Source: Callorhinchus milii
Lineage: Eukaryota
Reading direction: 5' to 3'
Assembly: GCF_018977255.1 (NCBI RefSeq)
Contig: NW_024704766.1
Coordinates: forward strand, 3,658,001-3,722,000
DNA: 64,000 nt
Shown here: piece by piece, positions 47,235 through 60,673 of the stretch
Position numbering within the stretch: position 1 is the first letter of the stretch
Layout: every line of letters starts with the position of its first letter
The notes under the pieces: generated by a model
What the model was told of the DNA's origin: nothing
What the model saw: only the letters and a program-made list of their open reading frames with translations
Databases searched by the model: none
Program-made: the position numbers and the translations under genes

Positions 47235-47559
47235 CGTTTCACATTCTCAATGTGTTTTTTTTTTCAAGAACCTCTTTCATTGCCTATTTCTGAGTTTTGC
47301 AGAAAAGTGCGACAGAAATGCATCGCCTGCTGACTGGCTGGCAATGTGCAGTGTGCACTCAGGCTCGGGATCACCACCTGCTGTCCTTGTGTGGGGACTG
47401 CAACGCACGTTGGCCACAACCAACACGTCGCTGCGAAGCTGGACAGCGGGACGTGATTCCAAATCAGGACGGAAGACACACTCACCCTCACCCTCACGAT
47501 CTTTGGGTTGGATTCGAACCCAGATTCCCGAAGGATCGTATCATCGCCGACGAGGACTC

Positions 47560-47817
47560 TTTTTTTTTACACACGCGCACACGCGCAGGCACACACGCGC
47601 ACGCAGAGTTGTCGCGGTCTGGAACGCACTGGCTGAAAGGCCGATGGAAACAGATTCGATAACCGCTTTCAAAAGGGAATTGGACAGGTATTTGGAAGGG
47701 AAGCGCTTGCAGGGATATATGGGGAACAGAGCGGGGGAGTGGGACTGATTGGGTAGCTCTTTCAAGCACGGACACAAATGGCCTCCTGCTGTGCTGTAAT
47801 ATCCGATGATTCTATGA
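47560..47817 (+). mobile_element. CR1 3' end
   Basis: The ORF reads RVVAVWNALAERPMETDSITAFKRELDRYLEGKRLQGY...AGEWD and the element ends in GATTCTATG. Confidence 0.9.
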
Positions 47818-48700
47818 ATGCTTTGCTGCTGCGTGCGCTCAAAGTAACACACATTTCCAGCCTTATTCTGATGAGAACACGATTCAAAAATCAAAGCACT
47901 CTGAAAAACCACATAATGTATCCCGAGTACAAATGGTGACAACAGCGTTATTGTGACCATCTCCTAAACATCATGCGTAAGTATCACTTTGTCTTATTTT
48001 CACTTGCTATCAAGTGAATCGGGACAGGACAGCCTGGTCGGATGTATTGCACTAATGGCATGAGTCGACCTTAAACCACAATGCAAGAGTCAGCTTTGTT
48101 CCATCTCCAATGGATCTTGCTCAATTACTTAGTAAGATGTTCCATTTCATAAAACAAATTGGATCCTTTAATTTGCTTAAGTGCTATCTCGGAGTAGGGG
48201 CTCTCCATTGTAAATACCGGGAACTAGATTCAAGGTTGTCAAAGCTCATCCACTTAGCAGTTTTAACACTAAACAGAGGAGCGATCCTTAAAGCCGCTAT
48301 TCTTTCTTTAATCTTTGACTTCCAGGCTAGTGTGGGTTTTCTTTTTAAAAAAAAGACACTTGAGTTTACCAGAGAGGCACGAGGTTATTAATGAATATTT
48401 AACAGACCTATTCACTGCAGCTTCCATTTACAAACTCGTTTCAACTTTAAAGATTTAGTGCAGTTTCTCTGTCTTTCTCTGTTCTGTGACTGCCTAATCC
48501 ACTGCTGGCTACCATGTGGTTCTCTAACCCAGCTCCTTATGCCAAGTGAACCACACAGCCCAGTCTGCACTGTGTCTCTTATTTATTCCTGTATGACTGC
48601 CCGACTCAATCACATATTCACGTGACTGCTTAATGCCGTCATGTGACAGACTAGGAAAACATTAACTCAGTCCTCGCTCTAGTACTGGGTTTTGCCCACA

Positions 48701-48860
48701 AAACAACAACAACCGGATTACATTTGTATAACGTATAACGTCTTTCACGTCGGGAGGACGTCCCAAGGCGCTGGACAGCGTACAGCATTTCAGACCCGAA
48801 CTGGGGGTCAGGGGGGGTAAGGGAGGGGAGGGGAAAGGGGGTGACCGATGGCATGGTCGC
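48701..48860 (-). mobile_element. L2 3' end (GGACGTCCTCCCGACGTG tail type)
   Basis: (CAA)n followed by TTTCACGTCGGGAGGACGTCCCAAGGCGCTGGACAG. Confidence 0.85.
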
Positions 48861-49056
48861 TCTCCCTCAATCCCTCCACCTTGCCCCCTCTCTCCACTTT
48901 TTCAAGACCTGCCTGAAGACCTTTCTCTTCGACCGTGCTTACGGCCACCTCCCCCTACCACACCCCCCGCGGCTCGGAGTCGGGCTCCGCCACTGTTCAG
49001 CGCTCTGAGACGCTACCCTGCGAGGAGGGAACTGCATAAGTGCAAGTTGTAGTTGG
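48861..49056 (+). mobile_element. L2 3' end (second tail type, GACGCTACCCTGCG)
   Basis: TTCAAGACCTGCCTGAAGACCTTTCTCTTCGACCGTGC, then CAGCGCTCTGAGACGCTACCCTGCG...GCAAGTTG. Confidence 0.85.
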
Positions 49057-51005
49057 TGCCTATCTAGTACAACGACAACGTATTACATTTATATAGCGCC
49101 GTTCGTGTCAGAAGGACGTCCCAAGGTGCTGGAGAGTTAAGGGTTCGCACTGGAGCCCTCCCTCAGCCCTCCCTTCCCTTGTCTGTCTGAGCCCTAAACT
49201 AACAATACACCGTTTCACACCATCATTGTAAACTCGTCACAGTGTGTGCCCGGAAAGAGACAGCATTATCTGTTTAAAATGCTGCAGCATGTGTATTCAT
49301 TATGTGTACACCGCACAAGGAGACTTCCCAGTGTCGTGACCTGTCTTAGTCTGAATTTACCCTCCGATAGCCGACAGAGAGCAGAACCGAGGGAAAGTGT
49401 TTGTTGCTAATCTTGCGGAAGTTTGAATGTTTAAAACAGAGCTGATCTGGTCGTGAAAACAATATCGTTAGGATGTGATGATTATAATTTTCTTCTCCTG
49501 GGAATGAATGCACTTGGTCAGGGATGCATTCGTCTGTTAAGAGTGTTTCCTCCTATAACCTTTGTGGGCAGGAAGAGCGAAATGAACACGTCCCTGATCT
49601 AAGAGCAATTCCCATTTATTATGTCTCTGACATTTCAGCCTTCACAAATATTAATGGACCCATAAAAGGGGACACATGTTTTTGCCTTACTTATCTTCCG
49701 TTTTCAGCCACGTCAAAGCTGACAACTCTCTTACTGACTGCTGCCCATGTTACAATTCAGCCTTGAGCAAGTGAAGTGGATTTACTCTGCTTATTCCCGT
49801 CTGTCTGTCCCAGTTCCAAGGTGCACTCTTGGCATTCTGAAACTGTCTGTGTAAATTCCACGGCTATACTTCAACGACGGGGGAATGTGGTGGGAGCGAG
49901 CGCTGGAGAGGAGAGCAAAATCTCAGCACGTTGTTGAATAGGACGACGTTAACATCAATGAAATAAGAATTAGCTGAACAAACGATTGAACGCAACAAGG
50001 GCGAAATGGAACTGAAAAGGACTGGCTACAACTGGATCGTAAAGTAAGTGTCACATCTTACTAGTAACCTGCGGAAATAACAGACCAAATTTTCTTTTAA
50101 TGGTGAATTTTATGTTTGTCCGGATAAGCAACCGTAGCGACAACAAATAAAAGATTGTCATGCCTTTTTGCGCCCAGGTTCAGAACAGTTCAGTGCTGAG
50201 CAAAGCTCAATAGCAATTTGCCAGCAAAATACACCCAGTCACAGCACTTTACAACAACAAATTGCGCTTATATAGCGCCCTCTAAGCAGGGTAGCGTCTC
50301 GGCTCGCTTAACAGTGGCTTTACAGTATATCCCGTGAAGCACAGCACTTTAAGATGACTTGACGTGAAAATCTCAAATGCAAGGATTATTATTTTAATGT
50401 GTGTTGTATTTCTGACTTCGCACAGGACCCTGTTACGTGCTCCAAGATGCCACTACGTGCGAATGATGCAAGATAAATGCATGTCATTGTTTTGCTAAAG
50501 TACTTCGAGACATTATCCTATGTGAAAGGTTCTATATAAGTGTAAATCGCTATTCCTGTTGCTGAAGATACTTTAGAGTAATAATAATCCTTGCATCTGA
50601 TATTGGGCCTAAGAATGCAAGCATATCTTTCAAACTGCTTCGAACAATCGAGTGTTTGTGCATTGTGTAAGCGAACGCAACAAGCAATCTTCACACAGCA
50701 ATGTCCCGCAAAACAGCCATGAAATGAACGAACAACTTATCTGGAGAATTGTTGTTGCCTGTTGGAAAGAGTGCCGACTTTATGCGGTCTCCTTCAACAA
50801 TGCTTTTGGAACGCAGGAGTGAGAAGGACATTGATCAAGGCTTGCCTCATAAACAGCTGGATGGAGAGAGAGCTCCTGTTTTGAAGGTCCAACACGATGG
50901 GTTCCAATCAGCAAGACAAGGCCAGCTCTGTCTGTCTCTCAAGATCACCATGGCTGACTTCAAAAAGAAGTGGGCAAACTGACAGTGTTGTGCCTTCATA
51001 TCATG

Positions 51006-51371
51006 TAATAATCCTTGCACTTGATATAGCATCTTACCACTTCGAGACGTCTCAAAGCACTTCACAGAATATACTGTAAAGTGAATTGACCGTATGTTTT
51101 GTGGGTGAAACGCAGCAGCCAATTGCACCACAGCAGCGTCCCACACAAACAGTGGATAGAGTGACCAAATTATTATTTTTTTTAAAGGAATTATTACCCT
51201 TGGAAAAGTGATGCGCCAATCGACTGACAGCGGGGTCCCCTGCTTTACTGCTGGGTAAACAATGGTGTGTGAAGTCAAGAAACGTGCCCAAGTTTCGCCC
51301 CGCCCGGTAATCAAACCCAGAACTCTTGCTTGCTAGACGATTGCTCCAACCACTGAGCTACAGGACTCCAC
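51006..51371 (-). mobile_element. Full-length tRNA-Deu-L2 SINE, long-linker type
   Basis: Reverse-complemented head through tail. Confidence 0.9.
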
Positions 51372-52439
51372 ATTATGATGATGGTGCTCACAGGTGAGGC
51401 ACAGCTAGAGGCCTGGTGTTGCCCTTGTGCTTCTCGTTTCACAAGAATACAAGATTAGTTCAGGTGAAGAAGGTCCTTTGGTTTATTTGATCTCACCTTC
51501 CAGAAAACTCACCCTTTCCGTCTTCCCCCCATGGCATCAAGCTGCTCGTTTCAACTAAGTCCAGTGTTCTGGCCTCAATCATTGTCCTGGCCCCGATGTC
51601 CTGGCCTTGCAACTTGTTCCAGCGCTTAATTGCCCTATTAACTATTATAACAAACAGCTCCCGCCACCAGTGCCTGTGGGGTTGTGATCGTGTATTTCCG
51701 CAGAAGCCTCTAAATCTTCTGTGAGGTTATTGTTGGTGTGAGAGATTACCATTCAGTTCTGTTGTTCCTTTGTCTTGATACGCATTACGTTAAGAGTTTT
51801 CCCGAATTGCACCGACCTTGCTTAAAATGTTAGCGAATCGCCCCCCAAAAAATCAAAACAGCGAATTTATAGCTGCGACTGTAATTTGCATAATTCTTTT
51901 TCGAAGTTTGGGGCGAATTTTGAAAAAAAAAACATTTGTGAGTATGAGTTGCGCCCAAGAAGTATGCATTATTTAAAAATAACATGTTCCATTATGAAGG
52001 TTGGAAATAGATAAGGACACATGTAAGATAAAGTAACTTTAAGAACTATTTGTTATGGAACGAAAGCTCTCTTAATAATTACTAACTTCCTGAACCACCA
52101 CAATCCTGGTGAATATACTTGCCAGACCAGCATTGTGTTACAACTCTTGCAGAAATTTGGCTATCATCCAATCCACACATTTGCTTCAGTGGGGAATGAA
52201 CAAATGGCCTGATTCTGCAACAAGTCCTTTCAATCAAGTTAGACAGTCTCTCCTCTGAAGATAAGATTAGATATTTTCACCATCTCTAGCAAATCCCAAA
52301 CACATTTTCCAACAAGCAGAAATGTTCGATAAAAGCTATGGAAATATTATACTACACCTTTGATTCTCCCACTTGGAGCATTGCAATGCTTATCTGACTC
52401 ACTGAGCGACGGTGAGAGTTTGAAACAAATTCGGGACTT

Positions 52440-52775
52440 TGAGCTTACAGTCTGGAGCTAACACTCCAGTGCATTTCTGGGGAACGCTGCATTGTTGGAA
52501 GTGCTCTGTCCTTCAGATGAGACATTAAACGTTTGTGATTGGCACTATTCACAAAGAGAGGGGAGTTCTTCTGGGGTCCTGGTTCATCAATCCCCAAGAT
52601 AAAATGAGTCATTCACATCAAGGCTATTTGTGGGACATTGCTGTGTGCAAATTGGTTGCTACATTTGACTACAAGTATACAGTCACTTCAACTAACAGTG
52701 AAATCCTGTGTAGCACTTTGAGCCATTTAGCCACCTGATAAGGCACTATATCAAATGCAACAATTATTGTTGTTT
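52440..52775 (+). mobile_element. Old DeuSINE
   Basis: GCTAACACTCCAGTGCA...CAGATGAGACATTAAAC...TGTGGGACATTGCTGTGTGCAAATTGG, then the tail. Confidence 0.8.
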
Positions 52776-53671
52776 ACTATTACTTTAATACCTAAAAGTT
52801 TTGTTTTGAACCTGCCTGCTAGATTTTTCTGATGGATATGTTGATCAGCACCGCTATACCCAGTCACTTTACAGGTGGGATAGTCCTCGTACTGGGAAGA
52901 TAAGTGTTAGCCACCTTGGAGAAAGTATTGGCAGGTAGAAATGAGAGAGTTGGGCAATACTTGAGACAATGTCAATCTCTGGTCAACGTTGCATTTATTG
53001 TCTTAAGCGGCGCTTACGACTGTGGTCCATAAGGGATTAGACAGCTATCTTTCAAATAAACTGTGTGCTCTGGAACAAGTTATCGGTTGTAAATCACTAA
53101 CATTACAATTTTAATGTCAAAACCCTGCCAATTACAAATCTCTCCAGACAAGTTATTAACAGCAAAACAAACTCAGATCTTGTTGCCACCTCAAGAGAGT
53201 TTGACTCTAACTTAAGAGATTGCATTTGGAATAGTTTCTGTGCAGTGCTGAGCACTCTGCTTCGGAACAAAAAAAAGGACATTTGTGTATCGGGGTGCAG
53301 ATTAAGAATAAAGTAAGAAGTTCAGGGCACTAGGCACGAGGAAGGATTAATTTAGTGACCTCAGATCCCATTTCCTGTGGGAAATTCATACACAACAGTT
53401 CACTACTGCACCTGTCCCCCTGCCTGGTCTGAAGGGAAATACAAAAAGATGGGTTGGAATGTACACAAGAACGTATCAAAAATAACATTACAAAATATAT
53501 ATTTTTAAAAAGAAGTGGCCTCCTAATTTGTGGACGTACACTTCACTCATGATTTTTTTATTATCAAATGTGTAGCCCATATAATTGGGGTCAGTCTTGC
53601 ATTGTTCCTTAATAGATTTCTCCAAGTTGAGACTTCTTCTGGTAAAAGGAAGTAGGTCACGCGTTTCACTT

Positions 53672-53980
53672 TGGCCTTATCACGTCATTGAGACATCTCA
53701 AAGCAGAGACGTAAATTGACGGTGTATTTTATAGGCGAAACGCGGCAGCGAATTGTGCACAGCAATGTCCTATAAACAGTCGTGGATTAAGTGACCACAT
53801 CGAGGGATCATTACGCCCGGAAAGCGATCCGCCAATCGACTAATAACTGGGTTCCTACTTACTGCTGGGTAAACAGAGGCGCGTGGAGTAAGGAAACTTG
53901 CCTAAGGTTTCGCTCTGCCCGGGAATCAAACCGGATAGTCTCCCTGTCCGAGTGCTCTAACCACTAAGCTACAGGATTCC
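53672..53980 (-). mobile_element. tRNA-Deu-L2 SINE, long-linker type
   Basis: Reverse-complemented head, linker and core. Confidence 0.9.
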
Positions 53981-54759
53981 TGTACATCTTATGCAAGAAC
54001 ATTTCCGTCCCCACTGTGGCAGGAGTGCACTGCAGACCTCCATTAAAGTTCCCCCACAGGTTGTACTGCTTTTATATGGAGAGACAGGCAGACATACATA
54101 CATTTTCGGACCTCAGTTCGCTAGTCAACGGAAAGGAATGAAAATTCGATTCCGGCATAGGTTTTTGCTGGTTGGGATTGTGTCTGGCTTTCCAGTATTT
54201 CCTGATCTTCTTACACCTAAAAGTGCGTTCCCCCTGAAACAGTTCCAATCGCTTTGCAATAAAAAAAAATCAAATCAACATCTAAAGGATTTGGGATTTC
54301 GTGAGACATCTGTTTTTGTTTCGGCGGGATGTCTCAGGTAAACCTGCAGAGAATAACGAAAACCCTCGTCATCATCAATAGCTATCTTTGACAGCTTGCT
54401 TTCTTTCCTGTCAATATATAAATCAACTTGCAACAGCATTTCCTTGCGTGTTTTTTTTTGAAAATAAAACAGCCATAAATTCGCTTTTTAACAATTTCCC
54501 ATCGTACTTTCACCGGTCACCTGCAATGTGGTTTCTGTGTCTTTCATGGGGACGGATTAACATTCCAGCCTCAATATTGATCTACGGCGCAATGTGTTTT
54601 TTTGCAGGCCCCATTGTTTCACCCAAACGCTCATCTTTTTATACATATATATTTGTGACACATTTATCCTCGCCAACATTCCCCCAAATAAAACTAACCG
54701 TTCATTTCATGGCTGTTCGTAGGCCGTGGGATATTGCCTGTTTCAGCATCTCTGCCTCC

Positions 54760-54975
54760 ACACTCTGGATCTCTATCCTGCAATCCCTTCGCCTCACGTC
54801 CTGTCTCGCCTGATTCAAGTCCCATCTAAATACCTTCCTCCTCTTCGACCGTGCGTGCCTTTGGCCACCTTTCCACTCCATTCCCTTGCCCTCCACCCCT
54901 CCTAACCCTAACTCCAGGTCGGGTCTAAAAACCCCTGACTGTCCAGCGCTCTTTCTGACGTGAAGGGTGCTATAC
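54760..54975 (+). mobile_element. L2 3' end
   Basis: TLWISILQSLRLTSCLA*FKSHLNTFL remnant plus tail. Confidence 0.8.
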
Positions 54976-55789
54976 AACAACAACAAAATTACATTTGTAT
55001 AGCGCCTTCCACGTCGGTGTAATTTGTTGCTGTTGTGCACAGATTGGCTTCTGCGTTCGCCCACCAAAGACTCTTTACACTTTACTGTGTAATTATGTGA
55101 AGTGCTTTGGGAGAAGTCCTGAGTGAAAGGTGCTCTACGTAAGGATTATTATTATCTTAGACAGTAAGTAGAGGCAGGCTTTTGTGACCCGGTGTTAACA
55201 CAGAACAATTCTGCCCTGTGTATAACATCCAGGAATGTATGCGCACAAGAATTGTTCACTGAAAATAAATCAAATGCCCTTGGAACCATGAACTCTGTGT
55301 GCGTCCCCCAACCCCAGTAGCCTGGAGATACTGACACCAATTGTCGGAACCCAAATGCTAATAGAAATAATAATAATCCTTGTACTTGATCAAATGCCTT
55401 TCAATGAGAACATATCAAAGGATTTACAGGAGCTTATAGTGACTGTGTCTTTTGTGGGCATCAAAGCAGCTCAGCATTGAAGATGAACACAATATTGGAC
55501 CTCCCTAAAATGTATTGCTCAGTAACACCTCACTCACCAAGGTCAGAACAGAGCCTCGCATCAGAAACAGACCGGAAGCTCGTTTCTCCTGGAGGAAGTG
55601 GTGAAAAGCGTCCTTTTGAATAATCACGAGTACAACAAATTATTTTGGATCATTTGACCGTGTTTTCAACCACCTTTTCTTCCCCTTTGATTGTCCAGAG
55701 TCTTGAGACATCCTCTTGACAGGAAACGTGCTACATAACGCACTCTGTGATGCTACCCCACGTGAAGGGGGCCATATAAATGCAAATTG

Positions 55790-56150
55790 TTTTTTTAAAT
55801 TGGTCAGTCGGGTGTCTGACACATCCGGAAACCCATCACTGCACTTAAGAGTATCCAAACCAAGCTGAGAATTCCATGCATCCCACCTGCACATAGAAAT
55901 TCCAGACACAGATTGTCGGAATAGATTACACCCTCTGTCTCTCCCTGGAGGGACACATCCCGCTTACGTAATTCCGGAAAGTATTAAGCGCAGATTGGCA
56001 AGAGTCAAGGCTTGGGGACCCCAGAGTGTGCGATGGGGTAGCTGCTGGAGTCTAGCCAGATAAAACCGCATAGTTTGCCATTAATATCATTGTCTGGCAA
56101 GTTTTCCCGCTGTTTGTCCAGCTGCCCATTAGGGCTTTGGCTCCTCGCTG
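55790..56150 (-). mobile_element. Unclassified A-tailed repeat (family X), about 360 bp
   Basis: Collinear with 35574-35950. Confidence 0.75.
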
Positions 56151-57762
56151 GACAAGCAATGTTGTTGTTGTAATATGAATGTAAATTCGTATTGCATTGT
56201 ACAAGTCTGTCATTTAAACGCTTGGAAAATTGGCCGATTTCAACTCACAAAGTGGTTCTCTGCGCCTCTCATCTTGGAATCGTCTTTGGATCCGATTTAT
56301 TCCTAATCAAAAATCTTCCTGACTCCAATCATTAGCCCTGCAAGATTGACAGCTGAGTAAGCGTATGTTATGAAAGCCTTGTCAGTATCAAGAGGAAATG
56401 CAGCATAGAGATGGCTCGATTTTAACTGCATGAGAATCCGTTCCAGATTTCAGCAACAACGGTGATGTTAGCGGTTCTAATGAACAGAAATTAAGCAGCT
56501 CGGGACAATGTTTGGCAGTCACCTCTTCCTCCTCCTGTGTGCTAATGTTTTATTACGTTTTATTGCGCACTCACTCCCCTGCCCGTTCAACCCTCGCACC
56601 TGCACACACATCAATCCTTCTCAAATCTTCCGATGCCTTCTGTTCCTCTCTCTCGGCTGCCCCCAAACATGAACAATGCATCACGGTCCAAATAACTCAA
56701 GCCAAGATTGTGAATAATTATTTGCATTCATTCGTATAGGAATTCGAGGCTTGGATTTCACTGTATTCTGTGGGATTTGAAGGTCAAGTGACAAGGTTTT
56801 CCATATTCCTAAGAAATGTGTTTCTTATATAAAAATTCCCAACTGCACCAAACGCTGTTGCCATAACATTTATAAATCAGGCCATCATTGCTTGCCAATC
56901 CGCACTTGCTGTTGGAAAGCTGTTGCGTAATTGCCAGCTATCACTCAACGTGAGCCAGTCTCTTCAATTGACCGCTTGTCATTCAATCAACATCAATGGG
57001 CCACACTCTTCAACCAGGCTGGTGTTAGAGCGAGTCTGAAGCTGAATGTGTCATGACAAACAGTACAGTTTACCATCCAACTGCATAGTTGCTGTGTGGA
57101 TCATGGGGGATAGGCACGTGAAACATACATACTCCAGATCAGCCAAACACAACATGCCTGGATGGTCGAAAGAGAGTTCTGTTCAGAGCATTGAGTGTTT
57201 TATTCAAGTAAACACAAAAGTTCCCCCATGATCATCTCATGTTTCCTCCATTGGACTCCTGGAGTTTGGAATGACTTCTTCATTGGGTGGGTGACAGCAT
57301 GCATCACTAGTCAGCTTGCACCATGTTGACAACAACACGTAACATCAACGAACCTGACACGGGTGGGTTGTTTGTGAGAAAATGGAACGTGTAAGCTTAA
57401 ATTTGTTGTTCAGTGCCCTCAATTTCTACAGGAACGTGTTGACATGTTTGTTTTCTTCTGTTGGCTAAAATGATGTATAAGCAGGAGAATAAGTGAGAAA
57501 AGATCCAGAGGAGACCCTTCCCCAGACCTCCTAGTGTCTAGTAAAGTCTGATGTCTGTCTTTGCTAAGAGGAGCCTAGACAGAACGTGAGCGTGAGGTGC
57601 TAAGTTAAGCTAGAACCTCATTGTGCATTCAATGTTATTGGCCATCATGGAGCTTCCAGAGGAGCACAGGGGAATATAGTACCCCACGTTGAGAAGCCGA
57701 ATGAGATTACAGATAAGCAGAGGGTACACAGACTATCTCTGACATCTCGTCGCTGTCGGAAC

Positions 57763-58123
57763 ATAATTATAATAATAATAATTCTTGCAGTTGATATAGC
57801 GCCTTATCATGTCTTCGAGATGTCTCAAAGCGCTTCACAAAATATACTGTAAAGTGAATTGACTGTATATTTTGGGGGCGAAATGTGGCAGCCAATTGTG
57901 CACAGTAGTGTCCCAAAACAGTCGTGGATTGACTGACCAAGGAGTTATTACCCCTGCAAAAGCGATCCAGCAATTGACTAACAAGTGGGTTCCTTACTTA
58001 CTAATAGGTAAACAGAGGCAGGTGGAGTAAGGAAACTTGCCCAACGTTTTGGCCTGCTGGGAATCGAACCCATGTGTCTCGCTTGTGAGGTGAGTGCTCT
58101 AACCACTGAGCTACAGGACTCCA
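57763..58123 (-). mobile_element. Full-length tRNA-Deu-L2 SINE, long-linker type
   Basis: Reverse-complemented head through the (TTA)n tail. Confidence 0.95.
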
Positions 58124-58867
58124 TAATATGATGAAGGTCCTTGGTAATGCAATAGTCTGAACAGACCAGTGTCTAATAAAGTCCACTCAACTATAATATT
58201 TTCACTCAAAGATGCGTGAGCTCCTGTCATGGAGGCCATAATTGTGTGTGACCGAAACCCCATAAAAAAATGCCCTTTTTATTTCCACAAGTATTCTGAA
58301 TATGGAATTATAGGACATAAAGGTGGAAAGCTGGCCCAAATCTTGCATTTTTATAGTCCACAGAGAGACCATCTGTGCTCAAACAGGATTAACAGGAAAT
58401 ACAACTGTAAAATGCAGTTGACCAGCAAGAGTTAATATGTGAAATATCCAAAGACTCCCTCCACCCAAAGAATTGAAAGTGAGTGCTTCTTTGGGATGTG
58501 CACACATAACCCATCAAGTTAAACCCACTCTGCCTTATGTGGCCCCCTTTTGTATTCGTAAACCTTAGAATCTGCGTGCCGTTAAGGAAATCAGTTTCCT
58601 GGAAAAACTCAACAGGAAATCCCGACAGAGCATGTGTCTGTTCTAGCGCACATGTTTAGGTCAATGTTAAAAGCTGTGAAAAGGTTTACGGGGCATCGAC
58701 TAGATTTTTAACATGCTTCAGTGTAGAAGAAAATCAAAACGAACGTCCATAAAACATCGAGTCAAGCTGTGGTCAAAACAACTGAGCAAATCAAATCAAG
58801 CGGAGTATAAATGATTGTGTTCGGCCAGGAGTTGCGGGAAAATACTCACATTTTTACTTAACGTGTT

Positions 58868-59022
58868 GCGCCTGAAGACCTTCTTATTCGACTGAGCCTA
58901 AGGTCAGCTCCAGCCCCCGCCTCGGAGTCGTGCTCCGCCACTGTCAAGCACTCTGGGACTCTACCCTGCGAGAGGGTTATGATAGGAATGCAAGTTGTTG
59001 TTGTTGTTGGTGTTGCTGTTGT
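58868..59022 (+). mobile_element. L2 3' end (second tail type) with a (GTT)n tail
   Basis: Homologous to 48910-49056. Confidence 0.8.
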
Positions 59023-59694
59023 TAACTTCAATTTTCCAGAATTTCACACCTTTCTTCCTTGTCACAATGCCACCAATTTCTCCCGTTTTTCTTGTTGAAC
59101 CGCAAGCTGTGAAGAACCATCCAAACATGAAAGCAAGTTAGCTCTAGTGTAGTTCAGATATGGCATATGTGTCTCCTCATGTAATAATGATCTTATTACA
59201 ATCCTGACTTCTATAAAGTTTATCAATGTATACAAGTGAAATTTCAGCTCGTCTTAGCCATAGCATATTTTCTCCCTGTGTCCTGCCCAACAATCCTCCA
59301 AATCAAAATGCAAGGATTATTATTTTACCCCTTAATACACTCAATACCTGGTACTTTTTAATACTAAGTGTTAATCTATCTATCACTCTTTTAAACTCTC
59401 TTTTATACCGTTTTCTGGGGCAGAGTGTTCCACATCTGCATAACCTGTCATGTGAGAAAATGCTTCATGACAAAACAAACCTTAGTTTGTTCCAAACCCA
59501 CAATAAAAGGGCACCTTTGAGTTCATTATTACCTAAATAAATAATGTCAAAGCTTTGCTTTTACTTCATAAAACCATTGTCATTTACACTCTGTGAATGC
59601 GCGAAGCTGTAAGGAACTGATGAAATCGTCAATCAAAGCATACCAAAGACTTAAGGCTAAACCACGTTATGTAACCTTGCTTCAAATGTAAAAC

Positions 59695-59880
59695 AGATCA
59701 GGAAGTCCTAGGCTTTATTTCTGGTCTGTGTTGAGTTAGCTGATTTCAGCCAAAGTTATGGTGTGGTCTACAAGTGGTCTCAATGTTCTTAGACCAGGGA
59801 GGTGCAGAATCATCAAGTTCCCACACTTGATTGTTATCTATCTTTCTGGCAGAAATTGATGTGTAGCTGCGATTTCCACA
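59695..59880 (+). mobile_element. Ancient SINE relic (UCON3/LmeSINE1-like)
   Basis: GGAAGTCCTAGG...TGGTCTGTGTTGAGTTAGCTGATTTCAGCC...CTACAAGTGGTCTCAATG resembles a consensus I recall. Related minus-strand pieces lie near 36500-36575 and 41150-41255. Confidence 0.5.
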
Positions 59881-59959
59881 CACAGACACACACACACACA
59901 TTCCTCTACTCTTCCCTCCCCCTCTTCCCCCACTGTCAAATTCCTTAACAAAAATAATA

Positions 59960-60140
59960 AATTGGTCACCCAATCCACGACTGTTTGTGGGACATCGCTG
60001 TGCGCAATTGGCTGCCAGTTTCGCCCACAAAATATACATTCGATTCAATTTACAGATCTATTCTGTGAAAGTTTTGGGACGTCTCAAAGACGTGATAAGG
60101 CGCTCGTATTAAATGCAAGGATTATTATTATGATGATGAT
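59960..60140 (+). mobile_element. tRNA-Deu-L2 SINE, 5'-truncated
   Basis: Deu core and tail. Confidence 0.9.
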
Positions 60141-60537
60141 AGTTCGCAATGGCTCAATGTTTGGGCTCCCAAGTGACTGATGGTCCCATGGATGGGTTAC
60201 CAAAGGCTGTGGAACGAGACCGCAGTATGAGTAAGAGGAGACAAAATCTGGAAAATAATAGTGTGCATGAATCAGAACTCTTATCAGCAACATCAGCAAT
60301 AGTAAGAGGCCAATTGGAACCCTAAGCTGCAGAAGTATGTACTTCCAAACTTCAAGTTCAATGAAGATCTTAGCATGTACGCTCCAGGCAAAATATCACT
60401 TAAGCTTTTAGTTAAAACTTATCTGTGGATGTGGCTCCCATTTATTGCCAATTGCTGGTTCCATGACAGAACTGCTGGGACATTTTGTAGAACTGTTTTT
60501 TAGTCATTTCCCCATAACGTATAAAGCATAAAATATA

Positions 60538-60673
60538 AAAAAGGCTAAGTACCGCAGATGCTGGAAATGTGAGGTAAAAGCAGAAGTCGCTGGGAACACT
60601 CAGCCGGTCAGGCAGCATCTACGGAGAGAGGAAAGTGAGTTAATGTTTCAGGTCGATGATCTTTCGTCAGAGT
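60538..60673 (-). mobile_element. Penelope-like solo terminal repeat with a hammerhead-like core and 10-bp TSD
   Basis: The minus strand reads CTGACGA-AAGATCATCGACCT-GAAAC-ATTAAC...AGATGCTGCCTGACCGGCTGAGTGTTCCCAGC...TTTCCAGCATCTGCGGTA. ATAAAATATA flanks it at 60528-60537 and 60674-60683. Confidence 0.8.

Noticed and set aside
47867-47890. Hammerhead-like CTGATGA-GAA-CACGA-TTC
   Set aside because: It lacks the GAAA box and stems I and III, so it is probably chance.
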